From the NCBI GenBank assembly GCA_937863565.1, contig CALMGJ010000009.1, positions 124,001 to 156,656 of the forward strand: a stretch of 32,656 nt of DNA, read 5' to 3'. Positions 18,350 through 26,702 of the stretch are shown piece by piece. The stretch's first letter is position 1; each line of letters opens with the position of its first letter. This DNA comes from an uncultured bacterium. GTDB lineage: Bacteria; AUK180. The position numbers were made by a program, and so were the translations under genes. The notes below the pieces were generated by a model. The model searched no databases, was not told the DNA's origin, and saw only the letters and a list, made by a program, of their open reading frames with translations.

Positions 18350-19444
18350 TTAAGTATTATTTACAATAAACTTGAACAATTTCTTTAGTGCTTCTTCGCA
18401 TGATAAATCATTTGTAGTTTTTTTTAGATTATCATAACAACTACACTCTTTTGTGATTGTTATTGCTACCGCATCTGATATTAAATTTTGCAATATTTTA
18501 CTTTTCTTAGGTTGCAATGTTTCTTTAAAATGGAACACATCAAGATCAAAGTCCAAGATGTACGGGGTTGTCACCCTATTATTTACATATAAGCCCTTAT
18601 TAAAAATGTTTAATCTCTTCAATCTTTCATCCAACATTAATTCCTCAAATTCGTTCTTAAAATTATCTCTCGCATCATCACTCTGGATATAATCTATGTA
18701 ACCAATGTTAAATACATTACAAAGATCCGAAACATTCTCATTCTTATGGTTAAGATGATTAAAACTATAGACCTCTTTAACTATACCCTTTAATGTAGCT
18801 GTATCGAGTTGTTCATCATTAATTAACAGATTTACGATATCCTCAAGACAAGTATTACTAATTTCATTTTTTGCCCATTTACGATCATATGTTTGAAGCT
18901 GTTTTTTATTAGTCCACTCATTAAGCTTACAGGGATGGGTATCGCTATGATGATCGAATGTTATCAGTATTAATTCTCTTTGTTCTTTTCTCTTTATTAT
19001 ATCCCATGGGATAAGTGAATGATGATGATGCTCTGTGATGAATATCTTTTTTTTATGGGGATATATTCCATATAAATTGTTTTTTACTTCGTATCTTATA
19101 TTTTTAAATATAGTTTGGGCTAATTTACTCTGTTTTGATGATATCCCGGGACTATGATAGTGTTTAAAATATATTCTGCCAATATTGTTTTCTAAATAGC
19201 ACAGAATATCTGAACTAAGTAATTCCTTGAGTGTATTATTATCTAATTCTACTATTTCCTTTTGCAATTTATCCGAAGGCACATATACCCAGTTCCCATC
19301 ATATCCGTATATTTTACAACCTTGAATATTATCTATGTGGTTGTGTTTGTAATACTCAATAAAACTGGTTCTCTCAATCTGCTGCGTGTTCACACTAAAA
19401 ATAAGCTTCATAAATAATCCTTTACTGTTCCTGCAACAATCCAT
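18350..19444 (-). CDS. UPF0489-family protein (arginase/deacetylase-like metallohydrolase) with an N-terminal extension
   Basis: IFITEHHHHSLIPW, LITFDHHSDTH, LINDEQL, YILDFDLDVF and AITITKE..C motifs. Alternative start at ATG 19411 (SD AAAGGA). Confidence 0.8.
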   Translation of the reverse strand: MDCCRNSKGLFMKLIFSVNTQQIERTSFIEYYKHNHIDNIQGCKIYGYDGNWVYVPSDKLQKEIVELDNNTLKELLSSDILCYLENNIGRIYFKHYHSPGISSKQSKLAQTIFKNIRYEVKNNLYGIYPHKKKIFITEHHHHSLIPWDIIKRKEQRELILITFDHHSDTHPCKLNEWTNKKQLQTYDRKWAKNEISNTCLEDIVNLLINDEQLDTATLKGIVKEVYSFNHLNHKNENVSDLCNVFNIGYIDYIQSDDARDNFKNEFEELMLDERLKRLNIFNKGLYVNNRVTTPYILDFDLDVFHFKETLQPKKSKILQNLISDAVAITITKECSCYDNLKKTTNDLSCEEALKKLFKFIVNNT

Positions 19445-19492
19445 TTAATAACATCCTTGTTTATTGTTAAAGATGGGGCAATACATTTTTTA

Positions 19493-22400
19493 TCATTTAG
19501 GATTATATTTTTCATAAATACCTCTTAATAATTCTTCATATCCACGTTTGCCATAAGTTTGACATATTTCATTTGCATTTTTCCAAGCGTCTAAATCTTT
19601 ATTGTTGGAATACTGAATGTAGATGAATTCAACTAATTCTTTAATATGCTCTTCTTTGTAAGTGGGTGTGAATTCTGAAAGCATTTCCAGGAATATCTCA
19701 CTTATATACTTAGCCGTTATTTGATCTTGATTCCTTTTATAAATATCATACAGACTATTAATAATATTTGAAAAACTATATTTGTAGTGACTATATTTAG
19801 CAGATAGTTTTATCCAATCTATATTGTTTTCATCTAACCTCTCTACAAAAGCGATCATATTACCCAGCACAGAAAGAATTTCTTTATTCCCCTTATCTAA
19901 TTTTCCTTTCTCTATTAATTCTTTACATTTTTCATATAGCAGTTCCCATATCTTATATATTTTGTGCACTTCGTATTTCTTATATTTCTCATCTTTTAAA
20001 TAGAAATATTGTTTTAGACTCAATAAATAGTACAAAGTATCCATAATTAAATTCGAGTTGTTTCCTAATAATAATTTTCCATAGAGACCATCTTTTAAAT
20101 CTTCATATTCCCATATGTAAAAATGTAACAATTGTTTGCCTATTATTGTTTGGACATCTTTTTCAAGAACATCTATCTTATTAATAGCATTATTATAATG
20201 GTTCTTCATTATCTCGAATGATTCTTTCGTTATTGCCATACGAACGGCAAAACCCTCCATAAAAAATTTCCATCCCGGTTCATCTTTGAATTGTTCGATC
20301 ACAGGTTTCCCTTTTGTGATATATCCTTTATCGTAAAACAATATATTTGTGAGATTATAGCCTAAAAGAATATATCCTCTAATATCCTTCTTTTCAAGTA
20401 ATCTGTTCAATCGTTCATATATTTTCTCTTTATATTGTGTAAGATCTTCGTTTGGCGATAATGGCTCCTTGCTCTCCTTCATTAAATGGAATAGTAATGT
20501 TATACCTACATTCATTGTTGATATTACAATATCTCCCCATAGCAACGTTAATATTCCCATCCTCGCATTCCCATCTTCTGTGTTAAGGCTTTTCCTTTCT
20601 TCAAATACTTTATTAAGTGAACAAGTTACTAATTGTATTAATTGATTTGAATAGTTTTGATAAATTCGTGGGTAGTAATTTATGGCTTTAAGTAAAAAAT
20701 CATTAATAGAGATATTAACTTCGGTATGCTTCATGCTTCCCCATTCATTTACAGAGCTATATTCATCACTCCAAAATTTTGGATCTACGAATAATTCATT
20801 AAGATATTCTATAATTGTTTTAAAATCTAACTGCTCCTTGTTATTGGAACCTAATATTTCGTGTAATGCAGTATAAATAGTGTTAATATGATAATAGGGA
20901 ATCATTTTAAATGTTTTAAGATTAGACGAATATTTATATGGATCCGCTTGAATCGCTTTAATAAACTCTCGTTCAAAATCAGAATTCCTTAATTCGCTCT
21001 CATTGATTAATTTATCTTTTAAAGTAGATAACGACATTTTATTTATCTGTTCTTCAGTATATTTAGGACTATCTCCAATCATAGGATTGCCAATAATTCT
21101 TACTGCCGGAGCCAATTCCGTTTCCTTTGTTATTTTTTCTTCGAATTTATCAGACCAGCGGAGCGCATTATAATATCTTTGCCTTATTTCTTCAGCATAA
21201 CCGTCCGGGTTATCATAGGCATGATGATGTATTGGAATATTGGAAATAATATCATCTAATTTCTTTAATATTTCTTGGGTTTCAGGGGTATCTTTGTAAT
21301 TTCCCATTTTATCTAATATATTGCGTATTTCATCGTGGAGTTCTATCGAGTCAAATATATTGTAATATCTACTTTCCAGAATATTCATGAATTCCTTATA
21401 AAACACCTCATATTTCTCCCCTATGATGTAAAGGGCTATTTTAGGATAAAACAAGTAGGCATTACGCATATTAATTTTAATATAATTCTTTAAATCTTCT
21501 TCGTATTGATCTTTAGAAATCATTTCCTTAATTAGTATTAAGATAATATCGGTTATTATAGTTTCCGGAATGGTGGTATATCTATGCTCTTCTCTGAAAC
21601 TATATCTGGTGCCCCGATTGAATAAACTCTTAATATTATAAAACAACTTGGACTTGTCCTTGTCTGTTGTAAAATATTTGTTAATGTTTCCATCTGAAAA
21701 TAGTGTGTTGTATATAATCTTATCATTGCCTAATAGAAATGATATTATTACTCCATCTATTGATATTTGAATTTCATTATTCACTTTAGATATGTTTACT
21801 ATTTTATCTTTAATCTCCAGTAATAGTGCTTCTTCATTCTTTTCAATGACCAATTTGATATTATCCAACAATATTTTTAATGCATTCATTCCACATTTTT
21901 CTATTATTAAACACGCATGTTTTTTAAATCCTTCCATTAACCAATATTCATCTAATATTAAATATTGCGATATTTGAAAGCTCCACTCATCCGGATTTTT
22001 TGGAGGGGTATAATTGGGATTATCCTTGATTTCTGTAATATTCTTGATTAGAATCAACGCTTTCTTTGGATCCTCCTTTAACAATCTGGGAAGCAAGTGC
22101 TCCATGATCTCAGATGACAGTAAATGCTTATCCCATTTTTCATTAAACCATGTAGGAATCAGATTAATGAAGTTTTCATTGACATATTCGATCGGAATAT
22201 TAACCATGATTTTAATGAAATACCAGAATATTTGATTATTATATTTATTGGGGTTTTTCCCTATATGACTTGTCGCTTTAAACATTATGCCACATAAATC
22301 ATTTATTGTATCTTCATCTTTTGTATTTGCTGATATAAACTCTAAAAATATTAAGGGTTCCCAAAAGGGAACGACTGTTCGTTTCTCATCCGTATCTGAT

Positions 22401-23050
22401 ACTTCCTGAAGTTCCGGTATTGTGTTAACGTCAAAATAACTTATATTCTTTAAGAGAGGATACCAATCTATATTTATTAATTTTAATTTCTTGATAAAAT
22501 ATGATCTAAAGTAATCTCGGGATATTAATTGTAGTATTTGATTGACATCTTGTATTGCAGGCTCTTTTTTATTTAGTACATCATCGATATACTGTACCCC
22601 CATGAAAAAATCATCTTGCATCATTTTAATATTTCGATCCCTGTCTTTATCTCTAAATGGTTCAATTATTTTTTTCATTGCTTTATCTGAAATCTGTTCA
22701 TCAATTTCTACTCCCCATATATCTTGTAAAAATAGGGGCGCCTCACTTGGTTTTATCCCTAAATATATCGGTAATATTTTAATAGATTTTTTATTTAATT
22801 GCAGCATTAGTGTTGCGTTTAATTCCCTTTTTACCCATTCACTGGCTAGGGAATTCCTTGATAAAATGATCATAAAGTACTGACTGGAATTAATACCGTC
22901 TGTTATTTTATCTATTATACTATCTCCAAGCTTCATTTCCGATTTGTCTATCCATATTTTAATCTTATTCTCTTTCAACCTTTTTTCTAATTCTTCAACA
23001 GTACTGCTGTCTATGTGAGAATAAGAAATGAATACTTTGTTATTTATCAT
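19493..23050 (-). CDS. TIR-domain protein with a ~1000-aa, probably all-helical C-terminal region
   Basis: VFISYSHID, IWID..EM..GDSI, ILSRNSLASEWVKREL (catalytic-position Glu retained) and ILPI. No Walker A motif seen downstream. Likely start ATG 23050 (SD GAAGG), overlapping the SIR2 stop by 11 nt. Confidence 0.88.
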   Translation of the reverse strand: MINNKVFISYSHIDSSTVEELEKRLKENKIKIWIDKSEMKLGDSIIDKITDGINSSQYFMIILSRNSLASEWVKRELNATLMLQLNKKSIKILPIYLGIKPSEAPLFLQDIWGVEIDEQISDKAMKKIIEPFRDKDRDRNIKMMQDDFFMGVQYIDDVLNKKEPAIQDVNQILQLISRDYFRSYFIKKLKLINIDWYPLLKNISYFDVNTIPELQEVSDTDEKRTVVPFWEPLIFLEFISANTKDEDTINDLCGIMFKATSHIGKNPNKYNNQIFWYFIKIMVNIPIEYVNENFINLIPTWFNEKWDKHLLSSEIMEHLLPRLLKEDPKKALILIKNITEIKDNPNYTPPKNPDEWSFQISQYLILDEYWLMEGFKKHACLIIEKCGMNALKILLDNIKLVIEKNEEALLLEIKDKIVNISKVNNEIQISIDGVIISFLLGNDKIIYNTLFSDGNINKYFTTDKDKSKLFYNIKSLFNRGTRYSFREEHRYTTIPETIITDIILILIKEMISKDQYEEDLKNYIKINMRNAYLFYPKIALYIIGEKYEVFYKEFMNILESRYYNIFDSIELHDEIRNILDKMGNYKDTPETQEILKKLDDIISNIPIHHHAYDNPDGYAEEIRQRYYNALRWSDKFEEKITKETELAPAVRIIGNPMIGDSPKYTEEQINKMSLSTLKDKLINESELRNSDFEREFIKAIQADPYKYSSNLKTFKMIPYYHINTIYTALHEILGSNNKEQLDFKTIIEYLNELFVDPKFWSDEYSSVNEWGSMKHTEVNISINDFLLKAINYYPRIYQNYSNQLIQLVTCSLNKVFEERKSLNTEDGNARMGILTLLWGDIVISTMNVGITLLFHLMKESKEPLSPNEDLTQYKEKIYERLNRLLEKKDIRGYILLGYNLTNILFYDKGYITKGKPVIEQFKDEPGWKFFMEGFAVRMAITKESFEIMKNHYNNAINKIDVLEKDVQTIIGKQLLHFYIWEYEDLKDGLYGKLLLGNNSNLIMDTLYYLLSLKQYFYLKDEKYKKYEVHKIYKIWELLYEKCKELIEKGKLDKGNKEILSVLGNMIAFVERLDENNIDWIKLSAKYSHYKYSFSNIINSLYDIYKRNQDQITAKYISEIFLEMLSEFTPTYKEEHIKELVEFIYIQYSNNKDLDAWKNANEICQTYGKRGYEELLRGIYEKYNPK

Positions 23051-23978
23051 TTGAACCTTCTTCAATAGGTGGCATTTGTGTGCATTGATCTACTAATGAT
23101 TTAAAATTATCAATCAATACATTCCATCCTTTTTCCTCAATTTTATATTTTAGAAAACGAATATTATAATAATCACTTAGAATCTTCTCCTCGTATTCTA
23201 TTATATGAATGTTTCCTTCATAAACAGGTTTAAACGCATAATGAATTTTTGAAGATTTTCCCAATCTTGCTATAGAATCTAATATTTGATATTCTTCTAG
23301 ACCGTAACCAACAAATACAACAGTTTTACTCTGAAATATTTCTCTTAAAAATATATTTATAGGGCTTTCCGGATCCAAATATTTTTCTAAGTAATCTCTT
23401 TGCCTTACTATCCAGTATTTTGATTCCTTTTCAATATTACCATGCAGGTAATACAATCTTGTAGCGGGATTGACTTTAAAATATTCGGGTTTATATTCGA
23501 TTTTACTAGATTCTAATTTACATATGTCCTCAATGGAAGTATCGAGATTCGTTGTTAACAATTTGAATTTAGGAATGTTTCCAATAGTATGGCTGTGTAA
23601 TTTTGTTATAAATCCTATTCTTTTTTTATATTCAGGTTCTGTATTAATAGATAAGTGAACTTTTATGGCTTCTTCAAATAATTCTGTATTAATTGATGAT
23701 AAGTAATCCAATATATACGCATATTTGGAACTGTTTTTAAAATTTTCGATACTACTTAGTGTTAATTTATTTTGATCTTCTTCTTTTATTTGATCTTTAT
23801 GGTTCCAAAAATAATCTACTATTTTATCAACTAATACTCTCCATGAAGGATATCCATATAGCCGACTAAATCCGGCTCCAATAAAAAAGTATGCCCCTTC
23901 TTCTTTTAGTTTATTTAGTAAATTATTATATTTATCATTAAAAACTATGACCTCAGGAATATCTGTTAATTTTTCCAT
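23040..23978 (-). CDS. Stand-alone SIR2-like (SIR2_2) NADase-family protein
   Basis: FFIGAGFS..GYPSW, LLTTNLD, YLHG (catalytic-position His), IV...DY...Y and VVFVGYG motifs. Ends right after the SIR2 domain. SD GGAG. Confidence 0.92.
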   Translation of the reverse strand: MEKLTDIPEVIVFNDKYNNLLNKLKEEGAYFFIGAGFSRLYGYPSWRVLVDKIVDYFWNHKDQIKEEDQNKLTLSSIENFKNSSKYAYILDYLSSINTELFEEAIKVHLSINTEPEYKKRIGFITKLHSHTIGNIPKFKLLTTNLDTSIEDICKLESSKIEYKPEYFKVNPATRLYYLHGNIEKESKYWIVRQRDYLEKYLDPESPINIFLREIFQSKTVVFVGYGLEEYQILDSIARLGKSSKIHYAFKPVYEGNIHIIEYEEKILSDYYNIRFLKYKIEEKGWNVLIDNFKSLVDQCTQMPPIEEGSNDK

Positions 23979-24076
23979 CCGTAATTCTCCACAATCTTAA
24001 TTTCTTCTTCTGTCAGATCATAGAGCTTATAGATCAGATTATCAATCTCCGGGTTAATGTATTTAAATTGCTTCAT
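23966..24076 (-). pseudogene. C-terminal relic of a type IIG (Eco57I/TaqI-like) restriction-modification gene
   Basis: Manual translation gives MKQFKYINPEIDNLIYKLYDLTEEEIKIVENYGWKN*. EIDxLxYxLYxLTxEEIxIVE is the characteristic C-terminus of these enzymes. Overlaps the SIR2 start. Confidence 0.78.
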
Positions 24077-24165
24077 TTTTTTTATATGGGTCTATCTTGA
24101 TTTCAAAGGATTCATTGAGTTTCCGGAGTTCCCCCGCTCCTTTCTGACCTTGCTCCATTAATTGT

Positions 24166-24193
24166 ATTTTACCACTTTCCAAATATTTTTCAA
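24166..24193 (-). promoter_or_regulatory. Candidate sigma70 promoter driving the SIR2-TIR-UPF0489 genes
   Basis: Minus strand TTGAAA-16 nt-TAAAAT with a TG extension. Confidence 0.4.
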
Positions 24194-24256
24194 TATCAGG
24201 GGGAAGACCGGGGGGCACGGTAGACCGGATTTTTGCATTTGCGGAAGGGCCCGCTC

Positions 24257-24284
24257 TTGACAAATTCCGTATAAAAAGTAAAAT
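24257..24284 (+). promoter_or_regulatory. Sigma70 promoter, probably leaderless, for pgi/pmi
   Basis: TTGACA-16 nt-TAAAAT. The ATG at 24290 is 5 nt after the -10. Confidence 0.65.
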
Positions 24285-24289
24285 GTGGT

Positions 24290-25255
24290 ATGAATATCAA
24301 CTTCGTCGATAAAAAGAACCTTTTCCGATTCCTTGATGCGGCTCCGTCCCATATCGCAGAGATACTGAAAAAGCCGGCGCCGAAGTTCAGGGGCCCGAAG
24401 GCGGATTCCGTCTGCGTCTTCGGGATGGGCGGCTCGGCGATATCAGGGCTTATCCTTCAGGACATTCTCGGTTATTATTCCCAAACGGGCATATCGGTAA
24501 ATAACAGAGAGCGTATTCACTTAAGAAAGGATACCCTTTACATACCGGTTTCTTACTCCGGCACTACAAGAGAAACGCTCAACACGCTGAATTCCGTCAG
24601 GAAGGGCATTGTTGCGGGAATATCCTCAAAGAAGGATTTCACGCCGGAAACATTCACGGTGCCCGGAGGACTTCCGCCGAGATTCGCTTTCTTCTATATC
24701 TTTTCCGCGCTTATCCGCGTCGTTTCCGAACACTTCGACATCAAGGGCATGAGCGGCGATCTCGAGGAGGCCGTACCCCGGCTGAAAACCTTCAAGGAGA
24801 ATCTCAAAAAAAACGATTCCCAGGCGCATCTCATCGCCGATTCTCTCGGCGGAAAACCGGTTCTCATCTACGCGCCTTCCTGTCTCCGGCACACGGCTTA
24901 CAGGTGGAAAACCCAGTTCAACGAGAATTCGAAAACGCACGCCTTCTCCAATTTTTTCCCCGAACTGACGCATAATGAGATCGTTCCCTATATAAACGGG
25001 GAGGACTTGTTCTCGGTGATCGTTTTAAGAAGCAAATTCGAGACGGACGCGGAAAAATTGCAGATGGACTTCTTCTCCGAACGGGCCGATTTCAATATCG
25101 ATATAACGGCGGGGAACATTCTTCAGGAAGTGCTTAAATATGTTCTTCTGGGAGACTTCATTTCTTATTATCTTGCCGTACGCAAAGGCATCGACCCCTA
25201 TCCCATCGAAATGATCGACTCTCTGAAAAGGCGTCTATCCGAAAATGGACATTAG
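24290..25255 (+). CDS. Bifunctional phosphoglucose/phosphomannose isomerase
   Basis: GMGGSAISG, SYSGTTRET, PPRFA, RWKTQFNENSK, PELTHNEI and GDFISYYLA..G.DP motifs. Confidence 0.93.
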   Translation: MNINFVDKKNLFRFLDAAPSHIAEILKKPAPKFRGPKADSVCVFGMGGSAISGLILQDILGYYSQTGISVNNRERIHLRKDTLYIPVSYSGTTRETLNTLNSVRKGIVAGISSKKDFTPETFTVPGGLPPRFAFFYIFSALIRVVSEHFDIKGMSGDLEEAVPRLKTFKENLKKNDSQAHLIADSLGGKPVLIYAPSCLRHTAYRWKTQFNENSKTHAFSNFFPELTHNEIVPYINGEDLFSVIVLRSKFETDAEKLQMDFFSERADFNIDITAGNILQEVLKYVLLGDFISYYLAVRKGIDPYPIEMIDSLKRRLSENGH

Positions 25256-25871
25256 CCTTTTTTCAAAGGCCTTCACATCTACTTATATATTTCTATCAAA
25301 AGAGGGCGGAACGATACTTCTCGACTGCGGCGACGGCGCGCTGCGTGAAATGCTCCGTAAGGATATCGCCCCTCCCTCCGCCGTGATCATCTCCCACGAC
25401 CATCCCGATCATACGGGCGGCCTGCTTTCGCTTCTTGCCTATCTCAAGATCGGGCACATATATCCCGCTGTCTATGCCCCGGAGGGATCCGCTTCCGTAA
25501 AAATGACGGAGCGGTTTTTTCTGAGGCGTTACGGCAAGCCGTTTTTCAGGTTTTCGTATCTCAAAGCAGAACGGACAATGCGCATAAAGGGCGGCTGCAT
25601 ACGCACGCATAGGGCGGACCATGCCGGTTTCGAATACGGAATGAATGCGCTTTGCTACGAGATCCGGTTTCAAAAGAAGAGTATTTTTTATTCAGGGGAT
25701 ACGGCCTATTTCAACGGTCTTTGCGGATATGCCAGGAACAAGGATATTGCAATAATTGAGGCCACTTTCAAGGATCCCGGCGCCGAAATGCCCGTACATA
25801 TGACCGAGAAGCAGGCGCGTGCCGTGGGAAAGAACGCAAAGAAATGCATTCTGATACACAAAGGGAGGTAG
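25245..25871 (+). CDS. MBL-fold metallohydrolase (RNase Z-like)
   Basis: LLDCGDG, SHDHPDHTGG (HxHxDH), YSGDT, EAT, HMT and LIH motifs. Confidence 0.88.
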   Translation: MDISLFSKAFTSTYIFLSKEGGTILLDCGDGALREMLRKDIAPPSAVIISHDHPDHTGGLLSLLAYLKIGHIYPAVYAPEGSASVKMTERFFLRRYGKPFFRFSYLKAERTMRIKGGCIRTHRADHAGFEYGMNALCYEIRFQKKSIFYSGDTAYFNGLCGYARNKDIAIIEATFKDPGAEMPVHMTEKQARAVGKNAKKCILIHKGR

Positions 25872-25873
25872 AT

Positions 25874-26257
25874 ATGCCTAAAGCAAGCGGGAAAAGTTTT
25901 AAATTCGAAAGCGAAAAGAGCATCCGTAACGATTTTCTCGAGACGATAAAATACGAAGGAGGCCGGCAGAAGGTTACGCTCGGATATCCGGAATTCAATG
26001 CGGTCTGCCCTTTTTCCGGATTGCCCGACATAGGAACGCTCACGATCGAATACATCCCAAAAAGAACGGTCGTGGAACTCAAATCCCTTAAATATTATCT
26101 CGTTTCCTTCCGCAATGTGGGTATTTACCAGGAGAAGGCAACGGACAGGATACACAGCGACCTTAAAAAGCTTCTCAAACCGGAGGCGATCAAGATCACC
26201 CTTCTTTACAATACCCGCGGCGGGATAGAGGCAATGTGCGAGGCGGGGGAAATCTGA
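25874..26257 (+). CDS. queF: NADPH-dependent 7-cyano-7-deazaguanine reductase (preQ1 synthase), unimodular
   Basis: PEFNAVCPFSGLPD (catalytic Cys), VELKSLKYYL (QueF motif) and RGGI. Start ATG 25874 with SD GGAGG. Confidence 0.95.
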   Translation: MPKASGKSFKFESEKSIRNDFLETIKYEGGRQKVTLGYPEFNAVCPFSGLPDIGTLTIEYIPKRTVVELKSLKYYLVSFRNVGIYQEKATDRIHSDLKKLLKPEAIKITLLYNTRGGIEAMCEAGEI

Positions 26258-26260
26258 AGA

Positions 26261-26471
26261 TAGTGAATAACGAATAGTGAAAAGTGAATAATTATATGGA
26301 ATATATTCCTTATCTCACGCCACACTTCACACTTCGGCACAGCCGATAAGTTGAGAGTTGAGAGTTGAGAGTTAAGCGAAACGAAGTGAAAAATGAATAA
26401 TAAAAATGCGCATTATTTTATTATACGGTTAACGTGTTAACGTGTTAACGAGTTAAGAAGAACAAAGAACA
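26261..26471. repeat. Intergenic mosaic of 7- and 8-bp tandem repeats
   Basis: (tagtgaa/taacgaa/aagtgaa)x4 at 26261-26288; cacact-type units at ~26313-26336; (agttgag)x3 + agttaag at 26349-26376; (gttaacgN)x3 at 26428-26451; (aagaaca)x2 at 26458-26471. Confidence 0.9.
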
Positions 26472-26661
26472 AATAGTGGAAAGTTGACAATTCAAAATTA
26501 AAAATAATACAAGATCAATTTGTTAAATCTCCGGTTTTCGTCAACTTAATGATCAAGGAAATACAATTAGGTATTTTCTTTAAAGTTCATTTGTAACTTT
26601 TATTTTTACAAAATCGTTTTATTATAAGTAGAGGAAGGTTTTCGGATCGAACGGTTTGTTT

Positions 26662-26678
26662 TTGGCCTTGAAATTGCA
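26662..26678 (+). promoter_or_regulatory. Putative sigma54 (-24/-12) promoter
   Basis: TTGGCcttgaaaTTGCA with exact GG-N10-GC spacing, placed just upstream of SD GGAGG (26693-26697) and ATG 26703. Confidence 0.6.
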
Positions 26679-26702
26679 TATACTATAATAACGGAGGCAT
26701 TT

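Larger units (their letters stand above)
16900..24200. mobile_element. AT-rich horizontally acquired island (putative defence island); no integrase visible
   Basis: Abrupt shift to very AT-rich sequence (about 30% GC by eye vs about 50% in the flanks). All genes are on the minus strand, with SIR2/TIR content and an RM relic. Boundaries are approximate. Confidence 0.75.

Noticed and set aside
19493-23978. Canonical Thoeris, DSR or Avs call
   Set aside because: SIR2 lacks a SLOG domain, the TIR protein is far larger than ThsB, SIR2 is not fused to the long region as in DSR, and no STAND Walker A motif was seen.
25800-25873. preQ1 riboswitch before queF
   Set aside because: queF starts 2 nt after the upstream stop, leaving no leader.
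26428-26457. Integron attC/attI cores in the GTTAAC repeats
   Set aside because: GTTAACG does not fit GTTRRRY, there are no cassette-like ORFs or long imperfect palindromes, and no intI.
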